A DNA stretch of 61,145 nucleotides, filler included, from Basidioascus undulatus (taxonomy: Eukaryota), in NCBI GenBank assembly GCA_000826855.1. It is 4 parts of 4 records of this genome, joined end to end, with 100 filler letters (N's around TTAATTAATTAA, not from the genome) between each part and the next. Parts side by side here need not be neighbours in the genome. Positions count along the whole stretch, not along the records: positions 15,336 to 30,559 come from JTLS01000655.1; positions 30,660 to 45,839 come from JTLS01000656.1; 2 more parts are not named here. One strand, written 5' to 3'. Position numbers and translations under genes: made by a program. Positions 28,501 to 41,070 of this stretch are shown here, in pieces; within the stretch, counting starts at the first letter, position 1, and each line of letters opens with the position of its first letter. The notes under the pieces were generated by a model, which searched no databases, was not told the origin of the DNA, and was given only the letters and a program-made list of their open reading frames with translations.

Positions 28501-30559
28501 TCGCACGGACGACCGCGTTAAGACCTCGCCCCCAAGCTCTGCAACCGAGAAGCACAAGAATAGCAGAAAGTAATCCGAGAACCGGGCTGCCAAACTCCTT
28601 TTCAAGAGCTCTCTGCCGATCCCAAGCGGCTTGAAAGCCTGGGCTTCCTGACGAATAAGCCGGGTAGAATATCAACACCCGCGTGGGCAAGCCGCAAGGT
28701 GAAGGCATGAGCTGACATTGCTCAGTACGGTCTTTCTTGAACAGGCTTTGAAAGTGTCTCCAACAGGTCATCTTATTTCTGCTGCCAATGTACCGGCATG
28801 GCGCAACACCCACCGCCGGAGATCTCTTTCCTTGCGCATGCGCTGCACTAACGCACGCGTCCTCCGGATCCACAGAGCAGAGGACATATATTCCAGCTGT
28901 GCTCCCAGTCTCAAGCGCGAATGAGCTCACCGATTGAAACTGTACCGGTTCCGGGCTCCTCCGCATTGGCTCGCAATCGGCGAGCAGTTCTGGCACCTCA
29001 GTGCACGAGACAGATCGGAGGGCTCTGTAAAACGTATTGCCTGCACACGCAGACCTCCGAGAGCGAGGATGCGAACGGGATCAAGCGAAGGGTTGCAAGC
29101 CAAGGCGAGCCTTGCTGTGGTCGGGACTCGGAGAACCGCTGCTTCTTACCACATCGTAGCCCAGCGCCCATCGTCCACTCCTGTGCAAATGCCCATGAAC
29201 TGATATTTTCCGAAGTTGTGCCGCCCAACAGAAAGCAGTCCGCCAATGTGTCCCAGTATGCGAAAGACGGAGAGTGCGATCACACGCGGCGAGGGTCCGC
29301 CCCTGCCCTCCTCCCGCAGGCCGCAGCCTCCGTGTTTCCGTTGCAAACGCCCAAACCTCCTCGGTGAGACGTCCCGATCCTTACGGGCAACACTGACAGT
29401 GCTGATCCCGACGCGAGATATACGAGCGCTGGGGCTTGCGTGTGTGTGCGCACGAGGACGGGAGCGCGGGAGTCACGGTGGAGGAGTGAGGTTGGGATCT
29501 TGGAGGACGGAACGAGTCGACCCGCCTTCCGCCTGGTCTATGCACCTCCATCCGTATCGTGTTTTATTCCATCGAAGACCCCCATATATACCGGCAGCAA
29601 CAACGTCGACTGTCGAGGTGAGTGAGGACAGCACACAGCAAGACGCAACTGCACCCTTGTGCTCCCACTTCTCCCCCACTTCTCACCGAATCAGCTTCCG
29701 TGCTTCCGGTATCCGGCCGGGCAAACGCGGGGCAAACAATAGACGATTAGCTGCGATCCGTTGACGGCCCGCGTACATGGGCCGCATCGCTCGCTCCACT
29801 ATGAAGAGGAGAGGACTGAGCGTGTTGGAATGGGACTGCATTTGAGAGGGCGGGTAGGACAGACAGGAGGAAGGCAGGAGGGTGTATTGAACTTGAAATG
29901 TATTGAATTTCATTTCACTTTAATGCGTCGGCATAGGATAGTTGAGATAAATAGGCCTCCCCCGCACGGACTCTTTGAGATCAAACTGGTGACGTCATGG
30001 AGCGGAGATTTGCCGCACCATCACCCCCATCCCGCTGCGGGCTTTCAGGGTCCTCTTTGCCTGTCTGCAGACAGCCCGCAAGTCCTGCACCAATCGCCTC
30101 ATGTCCCGGTACATTTTTCACACTCTCGTGGGCGGCCGATTGCTCACAAAAGAGTGAGTGACCTTGAGCTGCACAGTGCTGTATGGTCCGGTAAGGCTCA
30201 ATAAACCGAGACCAGCGCTATGAGGGTGATTGCGCAGCGCAATGTGAGTGCCGACAACCGTGCGGGCATCAGTTAGCGCCTTTTCAATGTCTTGAATCGA
30301 GGCTGATCAGAGACAGCCGGCAAGACAGACACACATCTCTCGCGCCTCTTGCCTCCGTCCGCTCACTCGCACCCGCTTCCTTCCTTTAGTCCTTTCCTTT
30401 CCCCTGCACACCCCCAGCCTCCCCGCCGCCTGTAAGCTCGTCCTCACCATTTTCTAGCCTTCTAGCGTCTTGCCAGCCAGCTAGCCGATCCTCGACACTC
30501 ACCCTCCGCGGCTGGCCCCGCGCTACAGGGCCCCCCTCGTTAGCCGGCGTCAAGCCCCG

Positions 30560-30659
30560 NNNNNNNNNNNNNNNNNNNNNNNNNNNNNNNNNNNNNNNNN
30601 NNNTTAATTAATTAANNNNNNNNNNNNNNNNNNNNNNNNNNNNNNNNNNNNNNNNNNNN
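30560..30659. other. Artificial joining spacer N44-TTAATTAATTAA-N44
   Basis: Identical 100-bp structure to the spacer at 15236-15335. Confidence 0.97.
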
Positions 30660-30882
30660 GTATTGAAGTAGGAGGAGGAGGCGGAGGTGAGGGGAGAATA
30701 GACAAGGAGAGAGAGGGACGGAGGGCAGGTGCGGGTTCGCGTGAAAGGACGGCTCCGACGCTCTTTTCGAATACACACATCAGTTTCATATCGCTCTGTT
30801 TCGGTGTCATCGATCACCGCGCGCCCGCGCGCTGTCGACCACCATCTTCCTTCCCGTTTAAGCCCCCTTACTCCCCGCGCGG

Positions 30883-30920
30883 CCTCTTACCTCGCAACAC
30901 ACCTCTTACCTCGCAACACA
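30883..30920. repeat. Perfect 19-bp tandem duplication CCTCTTACCTCGCAACACA x2
   Basis: Copies at 30883-30901 and 30902-30920. Confidence 0.85.
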
Positions 30921-31557
30921 ATCACCTCCTCTCTATCCAGCGCCCATCGATCGTGATAGATACTTGCGAGCCCTATAACCTCACATTATTCATCTGCCCG
31001 AGAAGATCAATTACATTGCCGAGCGACTCGATTGCGGCTTGCTACGGCCTCGTTCGAACTCGGACATGGCCGCCTTTGAAACCGAAGAGCGACTCTTTTG
31101 AAAGGTCACTTCGGAAGGTTTCAACCCGATCAAATTCGTCCAATAATTATTGACGAAGCATGGGCGACGCTACACTGTCCCTCTGCTCAATCACGGCACT
31201 GCCTCGCAAGCAGCGGTCTTCGTTGACTTTCGCCGCCGAGGGCGCATTCTCTTCTCTCGCATCGCTTTTAGTCCACTGTACACTCTACCCTTCTGCCCTC
31301 TTTCATGCTGATAGTGCAACGAGCGTGTAAGGCATCCAAGCGACTTTCACAGGCCGGACATTTGCCAACTTGAGAAGGCGTTAAGTAGTCGTCAACAGTG
31401 CGACACGCGTTTCATTTGCCGGCGGCGCGCGTTGGCCAAAGCAAGACGGTCCGATCTAGCCCACTCAACCCTTCACTCGACCACCACGCACACTTGCCCC
31501 TGCTCCTCATCTTACCTTCCATCTCTCTACTCACGAACTTCGCGTACGCCGCCGCCT

Positions 31558-34051
31558 ATGGCGATCTCGCAGCTCTGGAGCCGGCCGTGTGTCCACCGCC
31601 AGCTCAAGAACAAGAACAAGAAGCCTTCCTTGGATCTCGCACGCCTCAAGCTCACCGAAGATCAACTTCGCTGCGTCCTGTCGCGCAAGCTCATCACCAA
31701 CTGGGTCCCGCGCCCCGTCGTCCGATACCTCTCGCTGCGCGCCGTTCGGTGCCCGTACACGCGCTGCATCCGCCACTACCTCCGCTTCGCCGACAACAAG
31801 GCGACGCGCCTGCACCTCAGACACGTACACGGCAACATCCTCGTCGCTAAGCCACACCTCGTCGCGAAGCGTAAGGAGCAGTTGCGGGAAGCGCAGCAGG
31901 CGAAGTTTGAGGTGGAGAAGGGGTCCAGGAAAGAGCGGCGACGGACCGTCGCCGCCGGCCGGGATGGGTTTGCTGAGGCTGGCCCAAGCTCGACAAGGTG
32001 CGTCCCGATTGTTTTCGGTGTGGCTAGAAAGACAGGACAGGGCTGAAGGGAGCTATTCTGATGGTTGCAGACGTAATGCTACTACCCAGTCACTCGAGCG
32101 GAGTGGCCCTTTGATCGCTGAGGACATTGCTGATGAGTGCGTTCTTGGAAGCGCATATTTCTTTCCGTCCAATCTGACCTTCGCTTCCCATAGTCCCTCC
32201 GCACGCCCTACACGCTCGCTCCGCCGCTCTGCCCGTAACGCTCGTCCCGGTCATCATCCTGAGCCTGCCTCCGCGCCCGTGAAGAAGCCGTTCACCCAGC
32301 GCAGATCGCCAAAGTGCCCGTATGGCGCCATCCTCGAGGCTACGTGCGTGTCTATCTTATTGGTAGTCCGCATTCAGCGCGAGCCGGGAACTCACCTCGC
32401 TTCTTTAACAGTGCTATGAATTCCGACTCCGAGCTTTGGGGTGAAACCTGGCGGATGGCATGGTTTCATCAGGGTCGCGCGAGTCACCCGCAGAAGCGGT
32501 GGCCAAAGAGGTGGCGTGACGTGGCGAAGAAGCTTATCCAGCTGTCTGATATGGATGAGGAAGAGTACGTCAGCAGTCTTCTGCTTCACCTCTCCTCTTC
32601 CGGTGGCTTACTGGCGATCAGAGTCGCCCGAGAAGCTCAGGCCGTACGCGAAGCGTACCCAAAAGTTTTACATTCGACCGCCGCGGATGCCGACAACTCC
32701 GATCCGTGCGCTGCCGTTGTTAAGCTAACTAAAGAGATCGACGCGCTTACCCTTCAAGCATTGTAGTCCCGCCAACGACTGGCAGCGCGACATTCTCACC
32801 ATCTTACGCTGTATGCTGAAGCGCAAGCCTAAGAAGCCGGTGCTGAAACGGAAACGAGACCCGGAGCCGGAGATCAAGTCTGAGCCGCAGGACGAAGTGT
32901 ATGCCCTGTGCTGCTAGATCGATTCCGTCTCTCAAGTTTCTTACACAAATCTACCCGTTGATTCTGCAGTGCTTTCGCGCCTCAACATGAGGAAGTACCG
33001 GCCTCGCAGTCGGCCGGCACTGCGTAAGTCCTTCGCTTTGATCGTCGGGAAGGCGCTGACATATCCCCTGCGTTCGACACTCACCACCCGCAGCAATCGG
33101 GAATCTCGCCCAACCAAGCGGGCGCGGAAAGCAGCACCGATGCCGAAGCCAGAGCCTGCATCAAAGTCGACCCCGGCGGCGTACGTCGTGCTTGGTTCTC
33201 GTTCTCAAGAGGCCGGTGGATCGCTCATTCTGCTATTCAATTGTCCCACCCACAGCTCGAAGAAGAAGGCCCCTGCTTCGGCGAAGACGACCGACCGCAA
33301 GCCCAACGCGCTGTTCGAGGCGTACAACTCTTCAAAGCGTAAGCGTAACGGCCCCTCCACCTCTGCTGGCCCTATGCCGCAGGCCGACGTCCAGTCCACT
33401 GCGCACGTAGGTCAGCCTGCCGCAACGGAGCAGGACAACGTTCTCGTGCAAGGGTGCGTGCTCGAGAATCTTCTCTAATGGCTTTGGAGGCTAAACATTT
33501 CTCCTTGCTATAGCACATCGCCCGAGCCTGATCTATACGCTGGCCGAGAATGGACTGAGTGGCCGGAGGCAAAGATCCCTCGCTGGTGCGTCGTGCATCG
33601 ATCAAGTCCTGAGCACACATGCTAAGGCGCGCCGAGTGTCTGTACGGGGACTTGTGCAGGCTCGACACTTTCCCGGGAGCAAATGACTTTTGGTGAGTCT
33701 GTCATCCAACGACGCCCTCTCGTGCAGCGAGTGACACGGGTCCTGCCTGCTGTCCTTCCCAGCGCTCCTCCGTCTCCACCCCGCAACGCCGCCACGTCCC
33801 ATTTCGACAGCATCGTCGCGCGCGCTCGCGCTCGCAGCCTCACGCCGTACGTCGCACCGTTGGCGTCTGCGCAGGGAGACGACGAGAACGTGTTCATCGA
33901 ACACAAACCGCTGCCGAACGTGACACCCGGCCTTCACTGGAACCCGGCCTTTCACGATCTTCCGGCGTCCGACCCGCCCGAGATGCTTTCGGACGTTGAG
34001 GGCTTACAGGACGAGGAGGAGCTGTCGGAAGCTTTTTCTGATGATTCTTAG
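31558..34051 (+). CDS. Hypothetical ~585-aa, probably nuclear protein with an atypical C2H2-like finger; 12 exons
   Basis: Open frame after splicing 11 GT-AG introns (31998-32070, 32137-32193, 32344-32411, 32565-32621, 32706-32766, 32899-32969, 33024-33093, 33181-33255, 33454-33513, 33586-33659, 33693-33762). Contains CPYTRC-x15-H-x4-H, basic NLS-like runs (KRKPKKPVLKRKR, PTKRARK, KRKR) and an acidic tail. Confidence 0.75.
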
Positions 34052-34692
34052 CTTTACTTACCTTGATATGAGCGTTTCTTCTGTTGTCTGGTTTGATGTG
34101 TACCTCCGATCTGTCTGCTGCAAGGCATTCAGGTTCCTCAGTACGTCGTGCCTTCTTCAGGGGATGAAATCAACATCGGACCGTTCGTATAATGAACATT
34201 GTAATTCATGGCCCCCGATTCTTGCACCGTACAGTGACATCGAATACCTCACAGACGGTTTCCACGCTTGCGCACTGGATAACTGGCTGCCTCAACCTGT
34301 CCATGGCTTTGCTGGCGGCTGGATTCATTCTTTGCCCATTTCTCTCTTTTCGCGGGTCCTGAGCACCGCGTGAGTGCACGCAACATTATTAAGTGTCCAC
34401 AAACGATCCAGAGGCAAGAGCTAAGTACTCGAGTCGCCCTGACTTGGCTTTATGCTGCTTCAACGCACACGGCGCGCATGCCGCTTGACCTGTATCCTCG
34501 CAGGCAACCATACTGGATAGATTCATCCCTTCATGGAATGCTGGCAGCTTGGAATTGAGAAAAGTTCAGCGCTTGTCAATCCCCAGACGGCAGGACGGCT
34601 CTCAGCCGAAAAAGTCCAAGGCTGCGTTGAGCTGCGTTGCACGTCTGCAAAATATGTTATTAAAGCCTCGATCACACCTTATTCATTGTAGG

Positions 34693-36195
34693 CTACATAT
34701 CGAACGACAGCAACCCCCCGAGTTCGCGTTCCACGGCGTCCTTCCCTTCCACCAAATCGCTTTCCCACAACGCCATGCCCAGGTCGCCGTTGCGGGCCTC
34801 ATTGACTTACTGGCCCAAACAATGAGGCGAGCATTCGGAAACGAGCGAAAAAGCGCCTCGCAGAACTCCTGATTCTGCTCGCTGATCCGGTAACGAAGCG
34901 AGTTTCAGGAAGCGCAGACGGGTGAAGTTGAAGACGCCGGGGAATGCTTCAGCCTGTGTAGCATTCGAGGGCTTCAGCAAAACCACAGGTAAAATATATC
35001 ATATCACAATGGAGCCAACAGAAAACATACCTCCCGCACAGAGTCAAAGCAGTTGAGCACTTCGAGCGAGTCATGCAAGCAAGTGGCACGGGCTATTGCA
35101 CCTCATGTCTGGGCTCCGCTGGGACACCACCCTTGGTAAAATCTGAAGCCTTCGACCAGTTTGGCAATGACCCGAGGCGGGTCCTCGCTCGGATGACCCC
35201 ATTTAACAGGGAGCTTCGTCAGCGGCGGGTCAGCCGCGGAGCGGAGGAAGTCGGCTGGGTCGCCGGCACTGCACTTGAGGTGGCGGAGATGCCGGCAAGA
35301 GGAGGAGGGAAGGTCCTTGAAGTGTCGTTTGAAGATGAGCCCTCGCGTGGCGACGAGAGCCAGTGAGGTGAGCTCTGGATGGGCCGAGAGGAAAGCTTGG
35401 AATACTGGAACATCGCCAATGGACATGTCCTCCGCCGCAAGCATGACTAAACCTTGAAAGACGATCAATAATGGACATTTTTGGTCCAAAGTGAGAAACT
35501 GCCCAAAAAGTGCTGCCCCGTAGAGAGCGACATGCTGCGCAATGAACTCGCAGATGCGATGATCGAACGCTGCACCAGGCCGGCGAGGAACGGAGCGTCC
35601 GTCAACAACGTGCCTCTCACCGAGAGCGATTCGACTTGGAGGAGCGGCTGCGTATTAGGATCCGCCGGCCACTGAGCGGAAGATATTAGCGGACCACCTA
35701 CGACGCTGATGTGCAGGTCAAGGTGCGCGAGTTGAGGAAAACACGACAAGGCTTCGATGAGCCGCGCGGCGACATTGACGTTGGCCAGGCCCAGACGGGT
35801 GATATCAATCGAGTTGGCCTTCAGACAGGGCCTCGAAGCCAGACGCTCGAGCAGCTTCACTGCAGCCTTCAGTCTCCCGAGCACGAGACTTACTTTGCTC
35901 TCGGATTGGACCAGACAGTGCGGGAAGGGGGTCCGCAAGCGGCGACCTGATTTCTCCAGACTTCAAGACTAGCTTGGAAATGTACTGGTCGAAATTTTCG
36001 GAAAAGGCGGGCTCATAGCGGGCTGAGGTTGACGTGGACTATAGCATAGAGCGTCGGGAGCACAAGGACGTGGAGAGTGCGGGCTGTGAGCGCCAGGGAA
36101 GGGAGACCGCGGGTTTTGAGGGTCCCGATGCACTTTATGATGAGCTCGTAGGGCAGCGAGAGGATAGTTGTGTGACACGGTGTGTTGGGAGACAT
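34693..36195 (-). pseudogene. Decayed F-box-like / LRR-like gene
   Basis: ILSLPYELIIKCIGTL...LPSLALTARTLHVLVLPTLY (basidiomycete F-box-like start) ends at a stop at 36013. Downstream Leu-rich segments (FPQLAHLDLHI, HPELTSLAL, FTRLRFLKL) lie in different frames without matching introns. Confidence 0.5.
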
Positions 36196-37983
36196 GATGG
36201 TGATGGTGGTGCTGGGCAAGGCGCAGAACAAGGCGGACTCGCATGCCATATCGTCGGGTGCACAGGCACAGCCTCCGCGGCCCGTCATCATGCACTGGCC
36301 GAACGCAGCTGACAGATCCAGGTCTGGGCCTAAGCTGTGGTCAAAATGCTATATGTATGGGAACTATTGAAAACAAGTGGTTGGTCTGACCAGATTCATC
36401 GTCTGTCTTCCTGCACGGCTCTGAGCTCTGAGAAACCTGCATTATATCTTTCACCGCTGGATGTACCAAGCTCCAAACTGAGGTTCAGGCCAGCAGGGTT
36501 GCTCTGATATCAGAGCCATCTTGATTCTTCACCATCGACAACGGTGCAAATGTGCGGACAGCAACCCACACCTCCGTACCTCCGTTGCGTACCAAAGTGT
36601 TCAGCGTGCCACCACGCGCCAAATTCAACGCCGCCGCTCCAATCCCATTCTTGTTAATTAATTCTTAAAAGGCAGTACCTTGCTCCACGTTACGCAAACG
36701 AAGTGCCACGCAGTTTCATTGATGACCTGTGTGCGCATAAGCTTTACCCAATTCCGTACTGCAGACTATCCTGTGAGACGCGTAGATGTAGGGTGGTGTG
36801 ATGGAAGACAGAAACATCCATGGGCTCGGAATCTGCTCATCTGCTCGGCATGGCCGAAATTCACCGCTGAACGACTAATGACTACTCGACCGCTGGTCGC
36901 GGTTCGGACTAGAACAGAAACGCTGTCACAGAGCGAGTCTAACTTCTCCCTTTATACTATACCCCAATGTCCACTTGAAAGTCTGGGAATCTTGATGCTT
37001 GCTTCACCCATCCTCTGCAACAAAACAGCCGTCTGAAGATCACAATCCGCAACCGCAACCTTCAAAACGGTGCGTCTTGGTACACGTTCAGCATTGTCAA
37101 GCTGCCATTATCCATATTCAACCGAATTTCTCAAGCATGGGTTGAATTCCGGAAGTGTCAGCTCTTTCAGATCGTGGATTGCATTCTGCTGCAAGCAGTC
37201 ACTTACCGTCCACGCCTGGGGCCGTTGGGCCGCGCGTTCGAGCCTGCTAAAACATTTCTGGACAGACCATATGCCTTGAGAGACGCTTAGAGCTTAATAT
37301 TCAGGACCTCGCCCAAGGTTTTACTCAGTGTGAACGGCAGAATTCGGCCGGCATAGGCGCGGTCAATTCAGTTTCAAACCACGTACAGGCCAAGGTCAAC
37401 GATCCTGCTTCTACAACGGAAATCTGAGCCTGAACGCCTTAAGACTGAAAGTGAAAGAACCTCATCATCTTCACATGGCGCAGAAGGGTCTAAGCAACTT
37501 AACATGGACCGACTGCAGGGCATGACGGGTGCACTTTAACGTACGGAACGAATATCAACATGGATCCACTTGCCCTGTCACAGTGAGTACAGCTCTAGAT
37601 ACCCCAAGTCCAAGATGAGGCGCATAAGGAACTGTCTTCCGCCCAGCATACGAAACAGCCTGCCCAAACAACCGAGTCTTGCTGGTGCGAAAGCGCCCGG
37701 TTAGTAGGCTTGTGCCGGATATCTGAACCAAGGGTCCGTTTTTTGCCATGAAGCTTCAATGCTTTGAAGAACGGGTACATTGAAGCAGAAGTGCGACACT
37801 GCTCAACTTGGCGAAATTGGGCGAAACAGCGGGCGTTCTGTTCCGCGACACGACCACGGGCCGAGGACCCTTCGGGGATCCAAGTTCACATCGGGTAAGG
37901 CTCGCTCGTACTCGCCGCCGGACGCGTCGCTGTTGACTTCACTCTTGACGCCCATCTGCCCATCCCGCACCCGCCAGCCCGGC

Positions 37984-38937
37984 ATGTCTTCCGCCCCGCC
38001 GTCGCCCTCCCCGACGCCGCTCTCTCTCCTCCGTCCGCCCATCTCCCCTGCGCCAGCTCTCCGGCAGGGCGTCGCCCTCGCGCGGGCCAAAGCCAACGCG
38101 CTCGCGCTCATCGTCTACTTTTTCGCTTCGAACTCTGGCCTTTGGCGCGCAGTCTTTGTCCGGTGGGCGAGGGGTGCGGGGTGGGCGGGCGAGGGCGTCT
38201 CCGCTGTTGGTGAGTCAAATCCATCCCTTGCTTTGGTCTTGTACGCCCGGCTGACGCGACACGCCAACCCCAACAGCGACCCTCCTCCCGCTCTTACTCC
38301 TCTTCAACTTCTTCCAAGCGCTCCTCACAATTGTCTTCCCTCCCCAACCCACCCCTGCCAACGCGCCATCTACTCCCTCCACGCCCTTTAGCCCCACCGC
38401 GCCGCACACTCCGACCCCGCTCTCCCCAGCCCAGCGCCGCGCCCTCGGCTTCGCGAACCTCCAAAAGTCATCGCCCAAAACGCGCGGGAGCCCCGTCCTC
38501 TCCCCCGAGCTGCCCATCATGCCCTCCAGCCCTGGCGGACGCAGCGGCAGCCCGCTCAAGAAGGGTGGCGCTGGCGTGGGGACGCCGTCACCCGCGGGGG
38601 CGGTCGTCCAGGTCCCGCCTAATACGCCCAGCACGCCCCTCAGGAACTTCCTCCGGCAGAGCGCGGGCGTGGGTGCCGGGACGTCTGGAACGCCGCTGGA
38701 GGCTAGTGTGGGAGGAGGAAAGCGCGAGGGGGAGGAGCCGGGGCGGGAGCTGAGTCCGCAGAGGGTGTGGATGGAGAGGCATGCAATCCGACCTCGTGAG
38801 TCTTCTTCTGCTCTTGGTTGCAATGCTGTGAATGTATGGGGGAGGGCAAGACTAACAGAGACCATTGGTGGTACGCACTTTGGATAGGACGGATCGACGG
38901 GCCAGAGCTGGAAAGGCTGTTGAAGAACCTTCAATGA
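37984..38937 (+). CDS. Possible nuclear-envelope membrane protein, POM34/TMEM209-like; 3 exons
   Basis: Two N-terminal hydrophobic segments (ALALIVYFF; LLPLLLLFNFFQALL), the motif LSPAQRRALG, an S/T-P-rich tail, and a last exon RIDGPELERLLKNLQ*. The family call rests on one short motif plus topology. Confidence 0.5.
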
Positions 38938-39418
38938 GCGGGCGCGGTTCATTTCGATTGGTCTTGCATGCACATGATATCGCACAGAATGAACGATATG
39001 CATGGCTTTTGCATTCGCTTCCATGCTCGAGTGCGCGCGGGTGGCCGACCAGCGGCTGGGACTGACGCTGACGGACTCACGAATCGGAGTGCATCTTCCT
39101 GTGGGGTTTTTCATTCGGGAACTTGGGACCGATGCGGCGGTTGACCTCCTCGTGCAGTAGAACTCTGCCAAATTGTATGACCACGCAGGTCGGCCTCGAC
39201 CCTGCTTCCTTTCCGCGCGGGCACCAACAAGCGCGAACCGAAGGAAAGCGCAACTGAATTGATGCATGTTGCGACTGTGGTTGTAAACGCACTGATAAGC
39301 CGAGTGAGGCGTTGTAGAACGAAGGGCATACGAGCTTAAGTTGTTCTTCCCACCAAAGCAGACATTGATAAGCCTCGCATCACACTCGCCATCAGAAAGC
39401 GCCTTGCATGCATGCATC

Positions 39419-41070
39419 TCACAACCCAGCGCGCTTGAGCTGCTTCAAGCACCACTGCCCGACCCTCTCAGGGGTGTAGTTGACCTCGACCAGCCTGTCC
39501 ACTCCGCTCCAATCCGCGATCTCGTGCGCGAGCGCCCAGCTCATCTGCTCGAGCACGTCGCTCGGCTCGAGCCTGACGCGGACGCGCAAGTCGGGGAGCT
39601 TGACAACGCCGCCCTCGAACGACCCGAGCGCGGTGAGCATCCCGCGGAAGGCGCGCATGTCGTTCGGGTCGAGGTGGAGCTGCGTGATCGCGTCGAAGAG
39701 GAACGCGCGCGCGGTGCAGAGCGCGAGGGGGTCTGAGTTGTGCTGGAAGTACTGCGAGCACTGTGGGGGGAGGGTGGGCACGATGACTTCATCGAAGAGG
39801 TTGACGAGGCCGGGCTGGGACACGCAGCTGATGCCGTGCTGGAAGGCCGTGAGGAGGGAGAGGCGTTGGAGGAAGCGGTGGAAGAGAGCATGGTTCTCGA
39901 CAGGTTGGACGGCAGAACGGGAGGGCTGAGGGTCAGGGTCCTGCGCGAGGAGAAAGCACGTCAATGTCGAGCAGATCGGTGATGGCAGGGTGAACGGGAG
40001 GAGGCTGCACTCACTTTCTGACCGTCCCCGTACTTGGCGGACGCAAGGTAGAGCGCGGCGCCCTCCCCGCCCTCCTTGTTCTTACGAACGTCCGTCTCCT
40101 TCATCTTGAACTTTCCCAAACAGGCGCGCAACGCGCGGAGCACATCCGAGGCGTGCTTGACGATCTACAGTCGCTTCTGGATCCGTCAGCCTCGTTTCAA
40201 GCAGACACTGCTCGCCAGTTCTCCAAGAAAGTACCGTACTAACATCCTGTGGAACGATTCCCGGAAAGTAGCGCAAGAGAACCGTGCCCTCCTCTTCGCA
40301 GATCTCGCACGGCCAGTCGATGTACGGCCACGCCTCCTCGCCCTCCGCGACGCTGGACGGGTCGTGCCAGAGCTCGGCTGGGACAGGCCCACGCGCTCGC
40401 GGCGAAGCGCGTTCGCCGGAATTCGAGGAAGACGGCCATGATGAGCGCACGTAGGAGGAGAGCGTCGGCAGGGAGGCGTACCGCGAGCGCGATGTCTTCT
40501 TGTGCGGCGCGAGGGACCGAGGCGTCCTGCGTCTTTTGGCGTCTGACTTGTTGAACCGGACGTAAACTGATTCACGTAAAGCTTGAGGCTTGCCTATTGG
40601 AACTGAAGAAAGAAGAAAACTCACTCCTCGTCATGACCTCCATTTGCCTGTGCGCGAGCTCCGCACCGTACATCTGCGCCTCCCGCAAATGGACGCGGTC
40701 CTCCTTGCGCATGCCGTCGTGCCCATCCGCATCGTGCCCAGTCATGCCGAGTGACTCGAGGTCCTCTTTCGCGGCATTTTTGAGCCAGTTCCCCCGCTTC
40801 TTCTCGGTCAACCCTTGAGGTTCCCGCGGCTGCTGTTTCGGTGCCGGTTCCGACGACTCCGCATTCGAGGTCGGGGATGATCGCTTCCTTTTCGAGCGCG
40901 TACGCGAAGCATGGGGAAGCTGAGGACTCGCGGGGAGGGATAGCGGAGTAGGAGGACACGGGAATTGAGAGGCGGAAGGTGCGGAGCAAGGCAGGGGGGA
41001 CTGGGAGGAGGCCGTCGGCGTGCGGCTCTGTGGGGGCGTAGGCAGTGCTGTCAAAGGTAACTGCAGGTAA
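39419..41070 (-). CDS. TET/JBP-like 2-oxoglutarate/Fe(II) dioxygenase (candidate nucleic-acid base oxidase); 5' end uncertain
   Basis: Introns at 40165-40243 and 39941-40014, and probably 40567-40624. Translation ...PCEICEEEGTVLLRYFPGIVP...AALYLASAKY...ITQLHLDPND...LTALGSFEGGVVKLPDLRVRVRLEPSDVL...ALAHEIADWSGVDRLVEVNY. HxD at 39668-39676, distal His at 39524-39526, Arg at 39494-39496. Confidence 0.78.
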
